From: a bacterium
GTDB taxonomy: Bacteria > Patescibacteriota > Minisyncoccia > Phycocordibacterales > GCA-002787175
Reading direction: 5' to 3'
Length of the DNA: 64,000 nucleotides
Assembly (NCBI GenBank): GCA_030699905.1
Contig: JAUYKQ010000010.1
Coordinates: 2,554-66,553, forward strand
A program made the position numbers and the translations under genes. This document shows, piece after piece, positions 19,641 through 28,413 of the stretch. A model generated the notes under the pieces. The model did no database searches and was not told the origin of the DNA. It saw nothing but the letters and a program-made list of their open reading frames with translations. How positions within the stretch are numbered: position 1 is the stretch's first letter; every line of letters begins with the position of its first letter.

Positions 19641-20324
19641 TTAAGATTTGTTGAGGGGTAATTCATTCAATAGCTTTTTTATTGCTTCCGTGTCCGTGTT
19701 CCACTCGTTCCCGTCAAACCATTCCATGCCTTCAAATTGGAGTTTGTACGTGTCAGAAGGTCTCTGGAGTGAACCTATGTAAAAATATTTTCTGCCGTCC
19801 TCTTTTGCTTGTTGAATTGCAAGAAGCATCATGCCGAGACCTGTGTCTTTTGGGGCTTCAGATTCGTAAAAAGGATAGGAGTAGTGAAAAATATTCGGCG
19901 AGTCGTAACAGATTGTGTAAGCAAACGTGTAGCGTGTAGCGTGTAGCGTGTAGCGGAGGAGGCAGTTGAAATTGCTTTTTTCGGGATTAGTTAAAAGTTC
20001 TTTAATTTTGTTCGCGCTAAAGTCCGCATCGCGGGACGCATAAAAGTCCTTGGCCATTTTGCCGATGGGCCAGGAATAGCGTGTATCGTCTGAAGACAAA
20101 GACAAGGGGAGAGGGAGTTTCTCCATCTTCAATCCTTCGCATTTTTTTAAGATACGCCGGTTCTCGCTTGAGAGCTCAAATTTTGAAAGGGCAATTCTCG
20201 CGCTTCTGGTTTGGTGCATTACTCCTTTGCCAAGACGGGTGAAAACATAACCATTGTTGTACAAGGCCTCAACGCTTTCGTGAGAAAAGTCGGTAATGGT
20301 TTTTTCGTTCCAGTGTAAATACAT
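19641..20324 (-). CDS. Arginyl-tRNA--protein transferase (ATE/Bpt)-like protein
   Basis: YNNGYVFTR, SENRRILKK, YPFY, GLGMMLLAIQQAK...YFYIG...YKLQF. Confidence 0.7.
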   Translation of the reverse strand: MYLHWNEKTITDFSHESVEALYNNGYVFTRLGKGVMHQTRSARIALSKFELSSENRRILKKCEGLKMEKLPLPLSLSSDDTRYSWPIGKMAKDFYASRDADFSANKIKELLTNPEKSNFNCLLRYTLHATRYTFAYTICYDSPNIFHYSYPFYESEAPKDTGLGMMLLAIQQAKEDGRKYFYIGSLQRPSDTYKLQFEGMEWFDGNEWNTDTEAIKKLLNELPLNKS

Positions 20325-20416
20325 GTTCTCTAATCAATCTCTAATTTTCATCTCAAATTTCCCGAATCCCTATTCGGGATTATTAGTGTTTAGATTTGGG
20401 ATTGATTGGTGACTTA

Positions 20417-21595
20417 TCAATGCAGAGCTATCCATATTCCTGTCATTACAAATGCCAAATGTATTATCCAGAAACGCATTATGACTTTCTCCTCGCTCCA
20501 GCCAATAAGCTCAAAATGGTGGTGCAGAGGCGCCATTTTAAAAATCTTTTTGCCAAAAATGGTTCGGGATGCTATTTGCAATACTACCGACAGAGCTTCC
20601 ACGTAAAACATAAAAGCCAAGAAAACCAAGGCCACCATTTGATTTATAACTATGGCATTTATTGCCAAAAGAGCCCCAAGTCCCAAAGAACCGACATCAC
20701 CCATCTGAAATCTCGCCGGTTTGATGTTAAAATAAGTATAAGTTACAAGGGCTCCAACCACTGTCGCGTTTAAAATCGCAACTTCCGTAAAACCGCCCAT
20801 CCAAGAAAGGATCAAAAGGGAACCGAAGGTTGGAATAAGCATACCGCCGGCAAGTCCGTCCATACCGTCCGCGATATTCACCGCGTTGGCTGTAAACATC
20901 ACTACAAAAATAATAAGCGGAATCAAAAGAATCCCGATATTTAAAAAGCTGTCTGCTCCTGCCGGGCCTAAGAATGTTGAACCTCCGTTTTCTAAAAAAG
21001 GAATGTAGATTTCCCTCCAGTGTTCTCCAAGTTTAAAAAATATCCACCATGCCGTAATGGCGCCCGCCAAAAATTGCAAAATAAGTTTCTCGTGAACATG
21101 AACGCCTTTGCCGGGGTGCGACCCTATCCACATGGACATTCTCTTGAAAACAACCCAAGGCAGAGTGATGGCGAGCCATACTCGGGCTTTTAAGTCGTGA
21201 TGCACGCGGATAAGAAGCAGTGTTTGTTTCAGGCCACGACTCCTTCTTTTTGTGCCGAAAATGTTCAGGATGTCGTCTAAGGCGCCGAGAAAGGCAGAAA
21301 GAAGCATAACTCCAATCGGTACCCAAGTAAAACTACGTTCCCAGTTAAAAAGTAGGGTGATGACCGCGACGGTAAATATGACAAGAATCCCACCCATTGT
21401 CGGGGTGTTCATTTTGCTTTTGCGGGACTCCAAAAGCAGTGTCGGGTCATAGCCACCACGCCTTCCCACGGTAATGTCGTATTTATACAAAAAATGCGTC
21501 ATTATCGGCGCTAAGCCAAAAGACACCACTATGGCCATGGGAATAAAGCCGATAATCAAGGAAAGGTTGGATGCGTCTAAAACAACTTCAGACAT
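20417..21595 (-). CDS. mraY: Phospho-N-acetylmuramoyl-pentapeptide transferase (MraY-like)
   Basis: TPTMGG, GALDD, NAVNIADGMDGL, MGDVGS, MAPLHHHFE. Confidence 0.9.
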   Translation of the reverse strand: MSEVVLDASNLSLIIGFIPMAIVVSFGLAPIMTHFLYKYDITVGRRGGYDPTLLLESRKSKMNTPTMGGILVIFTVAVITLLFNWERSFTWVPIGVMLLSAFLGALDDILNIFGTKRRSRGLKQTLLLIRVHHDLKARVWLAITLPWVVFKRMSMWIGSHPGKGVHVHEKLILQFLAGAITAWWIFFKLGEHWREIYIPFLENGGSTFLGPAGADSFLNIGILLIPLIIFVVMFTANAVNIADGMDGLAGGMLIPTFGSLLILSWMGGFTEVAILNATVVGALVTYTYFNIKPARFQMGDVGSLGLGALLAINAIVINQMVALVFLAFMFYVEALSVVLQIASRTIFGKKIFKMAPLHHHFELIGWSEEKVIMRFWIIHLAFVMTGIWIALH

Positions 21596-21741
21596 AGGGG
21601 AATATTATCACATGTTTGCAAAACCGATAACACGAAGAAAAACCCGAGTCGCCGGCCGAGACGCGCCTCATCTGGAATTCCGTAGTCGGCATTCTCGGCT
21701 TGTCTTTAGAGAAGTCAAGTTAACGAGGTAGTAAAATCAAT

Positions 21742-23757
21742 CTAAAACCATTTAAGTCGCCTGATGCTAACTTCTGACTTTTTCGCTCTTTCTTGGGTGA
21801 GGTTTTCCGCGCCCATTTTTCCATTTTCCACCCATTTTTGCTCGGAAACGGGTTTTGTAACGTCCGTGATTTCTATAACGCCCTCTCTCACGCCGTGGCC
21901 GTAAGGTCCATCAGAAGGCCATGCCAGCGAGTGAACGTATTTTAACTTCAGGGGAGTTTCTTCTTGGCGCTTGACTTCGGAAATCACGACCATGTGGTTA
22001 AACTGCCTCTCGTCTTCACTGTCGTGCAACATGCTTATAAAGTCGCCCGGGGACACTTCGTCAATTCTCACTTCTTTGCTGTTTGCGTCGTGGGAAAAAG
22101 TGGCTACCGAGGTGTTTTGTATCGTGCGCAGACGAGAGAGAAGCGCTCGCGAGAACGATTTTGAATTTGAAAAAGAGATACGAGATTTTAAAGCTCCACA
22201 GCCGCGAGCGATGCCCTCGGCATTTAAAACGTGGTAGGCAAAACCGGAGCAGTCCACGCCGATCCTGTTGTCAACCAGGATTTTGATGATATTTTCTTTA
22301 TCAAGTTTGGAAAAATCCATGTGGTTTTTCATAAAGATAAGTTCTGCCTCTTCTTTTATTTCCTCAACACTGCCTTTTCCTATGGCCGCTTTTACCGCTC
22401 CGCGAATTCCCGATCTGCGGTTGTTGAAGTAGGGGCAGGGCACAGGCACCGGAAGGGGTAGGTGAAGGTAGTTGTTCACAATGGCAATAGCTTCCGGCAA
22501 AAGTTTTTTTGTCGTGACATTAAACAGAGGGAGAAGACGTTTTATCTTTTCGCCGTTTTGATTTAAGTTTTTTTGATCGGCAAGCACGCTGTCTTGGCTT
22601 TGTATTTGCAAGATGGCGGCGTTCGGCTTGTCTTCATTTTTCGCGTGAACCGAAAGTCCTTCTTTTCCAAATTTGTCAGTTTTAAGAAGAGGGGCTGTGT
22701 TTAACCAGTCGTCAGTTAGGCGCTGAATTAGCTGTCCGCCATTTCTAAGTTCCGTGGAAGGCAGGTCGGGCAGGGGCATTTCCAGAAGAGCTAAGAGGTG
22801 CTCTTCAAAAACAGAAAGGCCGGTAGGGTCGTTTTTCTTCTGCAAAGTGGCTTCCCACGCGACATTGGCTGTTTGTCTGGCGTTTACCTCCAAAAGATAA
22901 ATTCTACGCGTTTTTTCGTCCATCGCAAAATCCGCCCCGAAAAGTCCGCGCCACTTATGTTTTTGGAAAATCATGCCGATGTCGCTCATTATTTCTCTTA
23001 TCTGCAACGTCTGTTCTTTGGATAGCATTTTCTTGGGTAGTCCCCAGTCGTTGCCTACGGATGAAAAAGGCAAGTCGGTAAAAGGAGACAGTCCGGTAAT
23101 TTGAAAACTTATGTTGCCGTGAGCTATTTTCGTATCAAAGACCACGGCGTTTGTCGTAAACACCGGCCCTTTTATGTATTCGCTCAAGCGGACTTCTCTT
23201 TCCGGAAATTTCGTTTTAAGTTTTGAAAGTTCGGCGTTGTTTGTTACAAGCAGTGTTCCTTCGCCTGAATGGGCGTGGTTAAACTGTATTATTGAGGGAT
23301 ATTTTTTCAGGTTAATTTCTTTTATCTTTGAAATCACATGAGGAGGCAGAAACTTTGACGAGTTCTCAAGCCACTGTCCTTGACTCGTTTTTTCTTCGGC
23401 CAGACGGGCGATCTCTGACGGCGGATTTAAAAGAGTGATGCCCAGTTCTTTTGCCGTTCTTTCAATGGCGAGAGTGTTCTTGAAAACCAATAAACCGGCC
23501 TTGCCAAGGCGGGAAAAAAGCTCTATTGACTCTTCGCGTTTCAAAAGCTCGTGCGTGTCAAGTTTTTTTTCTGAAACAACAACCGTTACGTTTTCTTTCG
23601 TTCCATAAAGAGGGTCTGCATCTTTTCGCGCTTTGTTAGTGATAATATGGTATCCCTCGGTAGGCAATGGCAAGCCACACGCCCTTTCCAAGTCGCGGGT
23701 AACATAGACCACGGGGTTGTTCTTGATATTTTCGTACAACGGAGAATGTTGACTCAT
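21742..23757 (-). CDS. ATP-grasp ligase fused to NlpC/P60-like domain
   Basis: HSGEGT, SEYIKG, GADF...YLLEVNAR; C-terminal GVDCSGF...PGD...HMVVI. Confidence 0.75.
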   Translation of the reverse strand: MSQHSPLYENIKNNPVVYVTRDLERACGLPLPTEGYHIITNKARKDADPLYGTKENVTVVVSEKKLDTHELLKREESIELFSRLGKAGLLVFKNTLAIERTAKELGITLLNPPSEIARLAEEKTSQGQWLENSSKFLPPHVISKIKEINLKKYPSIIQFNHAHSGEGTLLVTNNAELSKLKTKFPEREVRLSEYIKGPVFTTNAVVFDTKIAHGNISFQITGLSPFTDLPFSSVGNDWGLPKKMLSKEQTLQIREIMSDIGMIFQKHKWRGLFGADFAMDEKTRRIYLLEVNARQTANVAWEATLQKKNDPTGLSVFEEHLLALLEMPLPDLPSTELRNGGQLIQRLTDDWLNTAPLLKTDKFGKEGLSVHAKNEDKPNAAILQIQSQDSVLADQKNLNQNGEKIKRLLPLFNVTTKKLLPEAIAIVNNYLHLPLPVPVPCPYFNNRRSGIRGAVKAAIGKGSVEEIKEEAELIFMKNHMDFSKLDKENIIKILVDNRIGVDCSGFAYHVLNAEGIARGCGALKSRISFSNSKSFSRALLSRLRTIQNTSVATFSHDANSKEVRIDEVSPGDFISMLHDSEDERQFNHMVVISEVKRQEETPLKLKYVHSLAWPSDGPYGHGVREGVIEITDVTKPVSEQKWVENGKMGAENLTQERAKKSEVSIRRLKWF

Positions 23758-24035
23758 GGAGAGTAGTATAAGGTAGAAAGGGTAAAGTATAAAGGAGAAA
23801 AGCAGAGCTTTAAACGTCTATACTGTGAATTACGAAATACTTGCTTTTTACCCCCCCCACTCGGAAAGCTCCCAAAAAAGTGACCGCTCCAAGGGCGCTT
23901 GCCGGGGGCTCAAGTCACTTTTTTGTGACTTTCCTCGTGGGGGGGTGCCTGCCGTATTTCGTAACTCAAAGTGTGTTCAGTATTCATTTCTCGCATGCTC
24001 ATTGCGTGTTTAGCGTTCCGTGGTATTGTACTTTA

Positions 24036-24728
24036 ATGATGAAAAGTGATGGCATTTTATACGTTGTAGCCACTCCAATAGGTAATATGGAAGATATCAC
24101 CCTGCGCGCTTTGCGGACGCTTAAAGAGGCCGATATCATTCTCTGTGAAGACACCCGCGTAACGAAGCGGATTTTAGACAGGTACGAAATAAAAGATAAA
24201 AAGTTGTCCGTTTGGAACGAAGAGAGAAGTGGCGTATCTGCCGATAAAGTCACTGAATGGCTTGGAGAGGGGAAGAAGATCGCGCTTGTTACAGATGCTG
24301 GTACACCGGGAATTTCAGATCCGGGTGGAAAGCTTCTAATATCAATCAAGGAGAGCTTGCCTGAAGTTAAAATTGAGGCAATTCCCGGCCCAAGCGCACT
24401 TACATCTGCGCTTTCTGTCGCAGGTATTCCCCTGCACGATTTTGTTTTCCTGGGTTTTTTGCCTCACAAAAAGGGAAGGGAAACTATTTTTAAAGAAATT
24501 GCCACCGCAAAAAGGCCGTATGTTTTTTACGAGTCGCCGCATCGCATTTTAAAAGCCCTTGAGTCCCTTAAAAAGTTTTCGCCGGAGAAAAAAATTACCA
24601 TTTGTCGTGAGCTTACCAAAATCCACGAAGAAGTCGTATCCGGCACGGCTAACGAGCTTTTGGAGTATTTTGAAAATAACAAGGAAAAGGTAAGAGGGGA
24701 GTTTGTGGTAATAATATCGGATCTCTAA
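24036..24728 (+). CDS. rsmI: 16S rRNA C1402 2'-O-methyltransferase
   Basis: LYVVATPIGN, CEDTR, DAGTPGISDPG, YESPHR, RELTKIHEE. Confidence 0.96.
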   Translation: MMKSDGILYVVATPIGNMEDITLRALRTLKEADIILCEDTRVTKRILDRYEIKDKKLSVWNEERSGVSADKVTEWLGEGKKIALVTDAGTPGISDPGGKLLISIKESLPEVKIEAIPGPSALTSALSVAGIPLHDFVFLGFLPHKKGRETIFKEIATAKRPYVFYESPHRILKALESLKKFSPEKKITICRELTKIHEEVVSGTANELLEYFENNKEKVRGEFVVIISDL

Positions 24729-24766
24729 TCAAATTCTAATTTTTCCTCGAATAATCACTAATAAAT

Positions 24767-25012
24767 ATGGACACAGTAACTACAATAGGGACAATAGGTG
24801 CGGGGATTATCCTTGTTTTCTTTCTTCTAAACCAGGCGCACAAAATAGATAGAGACAGTATGGCTTATGATGTGGGGAACTTTATAGGAGGAGGGCTTTT
24901 GGTCGTATACTCAATCTTCATACAATCTTGGCCTTTCCTTGCTTTAAATATCGTCTGGACGCTCTTTTCTTTCAAAGACATGTTTTTAAATTTTAAAAAA
25001 CGCCACTTTTGA
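24767..25012 (+). CDS. Small membrane protein (CBU_0592-like)
   Basis: 3 TM, GxxGA...Y..GN..GG..L..Y..WPF..LN.VW. Confidence 0.65.
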   Translation: MDTVTTIGTIGAGIILVFFLLNQAHKIDRDSMAYDVGNFIGGGLLVVYSIFIQSWPFLALNIVWTLFSFKDMFLNFKKRHF

Positions 25013-25089
25013 CAGGCGGTAAAACCGGCGTTTTGCTTTGAGCGAAGCGGAACTTTAAACTTTTAACTTGTAACTAGAAAATAGACCGG

Positions 25090-25416
25090 CTACAGCCGGT
25101 CTATTTTCGCCGCCAATATAAAATCGTTTTCCGTAAGACCGCCGATGGAGTGAGTGTAAAGAGTAACTTCCACGTATCCCCATCCGAATTTAATATCCGG
25201 ATGATGGCCCTCTTTTTCGGCTATTTCGCCGATTTTATTTACGAAAGCAAGCGCTTCGGCAAAATCTTTAAATTCAAATTTACGCTTAAGTCGCTCGTGT
25301 TCTTCCCATGTCCAGTCCGGAACTTGCCGTGAAAATTCCTTGATTTCATTCAACATCAAGTGCCCCCTGCCCAGCTCGCATGATTCGCATGTTTCTTTGT
25401 GGAGTTCTTTACTCAT
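25090..25416 (-). CDS. Pterin-4-alpha-carbinolamine dehydratase
   Basis: AEKEGHHPDI, THSIGGLTENDFILAAKID. Confidence 0.92.
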   Translation of the reverse strand: MSKELHKETCESCELGRGHLMLNEIKEFSRQVPDWTWEEHERLKRKFEFKDFAEALAFVNKIGEIAEKEGHHPDIKFGWGYVEVTLYTHSIGGLTENDFILAAKIDRL

Positions 25417-25578
25417 ATGTTTGTATTTTACCATAAGTAATCTTGAATTACGAAGCATAGCGTGGTTGGTGTGGTCGGTGGACGGCATCATAAACTTATC
25501 TTCAGTTAGTGGCAGCCAAGGTTACGGGTTTACATTTTCCGCGCTCGGTACATAATTAAGTAAGATAAGGAGGTATGC

Positions 25579-25929
25579 ATGAAAAATACAAAAGAAAAGG
25601 TCGCTGACCTGGAAGCGGCAGAGGCCCGTCTCAGAAGAACTTTAAATGAGGCGGTAGAGCAAGAGGAGAAGCTCAATAAAGAGCTTGATAGGGCTACGCA
25701 CCTAAGGGTGGAACTTGTGAAGCTCCGTGCAGAGTTTAGTGCCGAACGAGAATCTTTGCCCGCCGATCCGAATGCCATTGTAAGCTGGCGAAAGCGGTTT
25801 ACTGATGCCATTAAGGAGATCAGTCACGCCTGCGACGCCATTTATCAGCGCATGCAAAAGGCCCAAAGGGCCGCGGAAAAACGCAACACGGCTTCAGAAG
25901 AAGCCGAGGAAGAGAAAAAGAAAAAATAA
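25579..25929 (+). CDS. Coiled-coil hypothetical protein
   Basis: AAGGAGG upstream, terminator-like hairpin downstream. Confidence 0.7.
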   Translation: MKNTKEKVADLEAAEARLRRTLNEAVEQEEKLNKELDRATHLRVELVKLRAEFSAERESLPADPNAIVSWRKRFTDAIKEISHACDAIYQRMQKAQRAAEKRNTASEEAEEEKKKK

Positions 25930-26056
25930 TCACAAGGCCGCGCGTTTTTCCACCTGCGCGGCCTTTACTTTTTTATGTTAAGATATCTCATGTACCACAT
26001 TTCCTATTCACTTATTTACAGTATTCGGATATAATCTGTAGATTCGCATTATAATT

Positions 26057-26401
26057 ATGGCCAAATCAAAAACTCTCATAACATTAAGCATTTTTCTGAT
26101 TTTGTTGCCTTTTTTGGGTTTTCCGATATCATGGGATCGTTTTTTTGTTGCAAGCATAGGAGTTGTCTCCGGTCTTTTAGGTGTGTCATATTACAGAAAA
26201 GAAAAAGAAAAAATGAGAAGGCAAAATAGAAAAAGTGTGGCGACTGATACTCCGATATTTATGGAAAACAAGCTCGCCGGCAGTCCTTATTTTAACAAAA
26301 ACGACTCATATTCTCCTTACGGCAAAGGACTTTCCAAAGAGGGAGTGAATGATATGACTAACCAAAAAGTCCGAAATGCCGAGACCACTGAAACAAATTA
26401 A
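26057..26401 (+). CDS. Hypothetical membrane protein
   Basis: Two N-terminal TMs (LPFLGFP..W). Confidence 0.7.
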   Translation: MAKSKTLITLSIFLILLPFLGFPISWDRFFVASIGVVSGLLGVSYYRKEKEKMRRQNRKSVATDTPIFMENKLAGSPYFNKNDSYSPYGKGLSKEGVNDMTNQKVRNAETTETN

Positions 26402-27701
26402 AAGGGAAGAAAAAAAGCAAAATCCACGCGTTTTTCTTTTACTGGCCGGAGGGTCTTTTTCTTTGATGTTTGTTGCCGGTTTTTTATCTTTTTATTTTAC
26501 TCCGGAAGCGCTTCCTTTTGAATACCAATCTCTTGAAAACGGCAGGGCCAGTATTTCTTTTCCTTTGGATGTTAAAGAAGAAAAAGATAAGAAGAACAAT
26601 GTCTTTGTCGCGCATGTCGCCACACCCGAAGCAGTCAAAGCCATCTACATGACGAGCTGTGTGGCAGGCACGCCGTCTTTCCGAGAGAAACTCATTCGTC
26701 TCGCGGAAGAAACGGAAATAAACAGCATAATCATAGATGTCAAGGACTACAGCGGTCGTTTGGCTTTTCCTCCGGAGAGCGAGAGTTTGTCCCACGCTTA
26801 CCCAAGCACGTGCGCCGTGGCAGACCTAAGAGGGGTCGTTGAAGATTTGCATGACAGAGGCATTTACGTTATAGCTCGCATCACGGTTTTTCAAGATCCT
26901 CATCTGGCCATGTTGCGTCCGGACCTTGCAGTTTTGAAGGAAAGCGACCGCAGTGTCTGGAAAGACAACAAGGGCTTGTCTTTTACCGACCCCGGAGCCA
27001 GAGAAGTGTGGGATTATACAGTGCGAATAGCAAAGGAAACGCATGCTTTGGGTTTTGACGAGCTTAACTTTGACTACATACGTTTTCCTTCAGACGGTCC
27101 GATGAAAGACATTTATTTTCCCAAAAGCCAAAACCGTCCCAAAGCGGATGTCCTGGAGGATTTTTTTAAATTTCTTTCCGAAGAACTTGATTACACGGAT
27201 GACTCTGGCCATAAGCCGGTACTTTCCGCCGACCTTTTCGGCATGACCACGAACGCCGTGTCAGGTTTTGACTTAAACATAGGCCAGGTTTGGGAAAAAA
27301 CCTTGCCTTACTTTGACTATATTTCACCGATGGTCTACCCATCACACTATCCTTCCGGATTTAACGGCTGGAAAGACCCCAATAAACATCCTTACGAGAT
27401 CGTAAACTTTGCCATAAGCGAAGCTGTAAAGAAGACCGTAGCGACTTCCACCAGAGTATTTACCATAGGTTCCACTGAAATAGCTTCAACTTCTCCCGCG
27501 TTATACACCAAAAAAGCATACGATAAAAATAAAGTTCGCCCTTGGCTTCAGGATTTTGATTATGGAGGCAACTACGACATAGCGGAAGTCAAAGCGCAAA
27601 TACAGGCGGTGTATGACGTCGGTCTTTCTTCTTGGTTGCTTTGGTCGCCAAGCAATGTTTATACTCGGGGTGCCCTTTTGTCGTCTCAAGATGTTAACTG
27701 A
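26376..27701 (+). CDS. Putative glycoside hydrolase (DUF4015-like)
   Basis: IDVKDYSG, ARITVFQD, FDELNFDYIRFP, SPMVYPSHY, RPWLQDF. Confidence 0.85.
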   Translation: MPRPLKQIKREEKKQNPRVFLLLAGGSFSLMFVAGFLSFYFTPEALPFEYQSLENGRASISFPLDVKEEKDKKNNVFVAHVATPEAVKAIYMTSCVAGTPSFREKLIRLAEETEINSIIIDVKDYSGRLAFPPESESLSHAYPSTCAVADLRGVVEDLHDRGIYVIARITVFQDPHLAMLRPDLAVLKESDRSVWKDNKGLSFTDPGAREVWDYTVRIAKETHALGFDELNFDYIRFPSDGPMKDIYFPKSQNRPKADVLEDFFKFLSEELDYTDDSGHKPVLSADLFGMTTNAVSGFDLNIGQVWEKTLPYFDYISPMVYPSHYPSGFNGWKDPNKHPYEIVNFAISEAVKKTVATSTRVFTIGSTEIASTSPALYTKKAYDKNKVRPWLQDFDYGGNYDIAEVKAQIQAVYDVGLSSWLLWSPSNVYTRGALLSSQDVN

Positions 27702-28413
27702 ACGAAACAGAAATTTTACAAATTTACCTACATGATGTATTATAAGTGTGGGCCGGACTGCGGATTTGTGCCAAAAAGGAGGTGTGCTTCCCTTCTTTCT
27801 TTTAGGGTCCGCGGTTCCGGCCCTTTTTGTATCCCGAGTTTTCATATATCTGCATCTTGAGTTATCCCCACCCTTCTTGACTCTATTTTAAAAAGCAGTA
27901 GAATGTTTATCCAGGGTACATCATGAAGCACGGGTTTGTTTATTGCGGTGCGGACGTACCGCGCAAATCCTATGATGCGGGGAAAAATGCGAGGGCGATG
28001 CCATAGGCATACGCTCTCAAGAATCAAAGTTGTTATGGCACGAGAAGACGTAGTGGTGCGAGATCGTCTGGCGATGGAAGTGTTTGACGACAAAAATGGC
28101 CCGAGGAATCCATTGGAGATTCCCGGAAGCAGCGAAAGAATGGCACTCCTTAAAATGTGTCCACGGGGAGTCTCGGATAAGAGATGGCCCGAGGGGGTGA
28201 GGGATGCCGGCGGTAACACAATCTGTCGGGCTGGTTGAGAAGGTGAAGTCAGTCGGATCTTTTCCTGGCGCGAAGTGGAACTTCGCGCCAGTGTTTTTTT
28301 TATATTCTTTAAATAGTTGTATAATATAACCAACAACCTACTGCATACCGCCAACAACAAAAGTAAAGAAAACCCCGCTTTATTTTTTGCATAGTTGTAA
28401 GTTGTTGATTGCC

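Noticed and set aside
23828-23966. Large hairpin upstream of rsmI as a riboswitch
   Set aside because: Nested palindrome with no recognisable aptamer motif; more likely another repeat element, single copy in this window
27900-28260. RNase P RNA or tmRNA
   Set aside because: No GAGGAAAGUCC / ACAGAAxxCGGC pair and no tRNA-like ends
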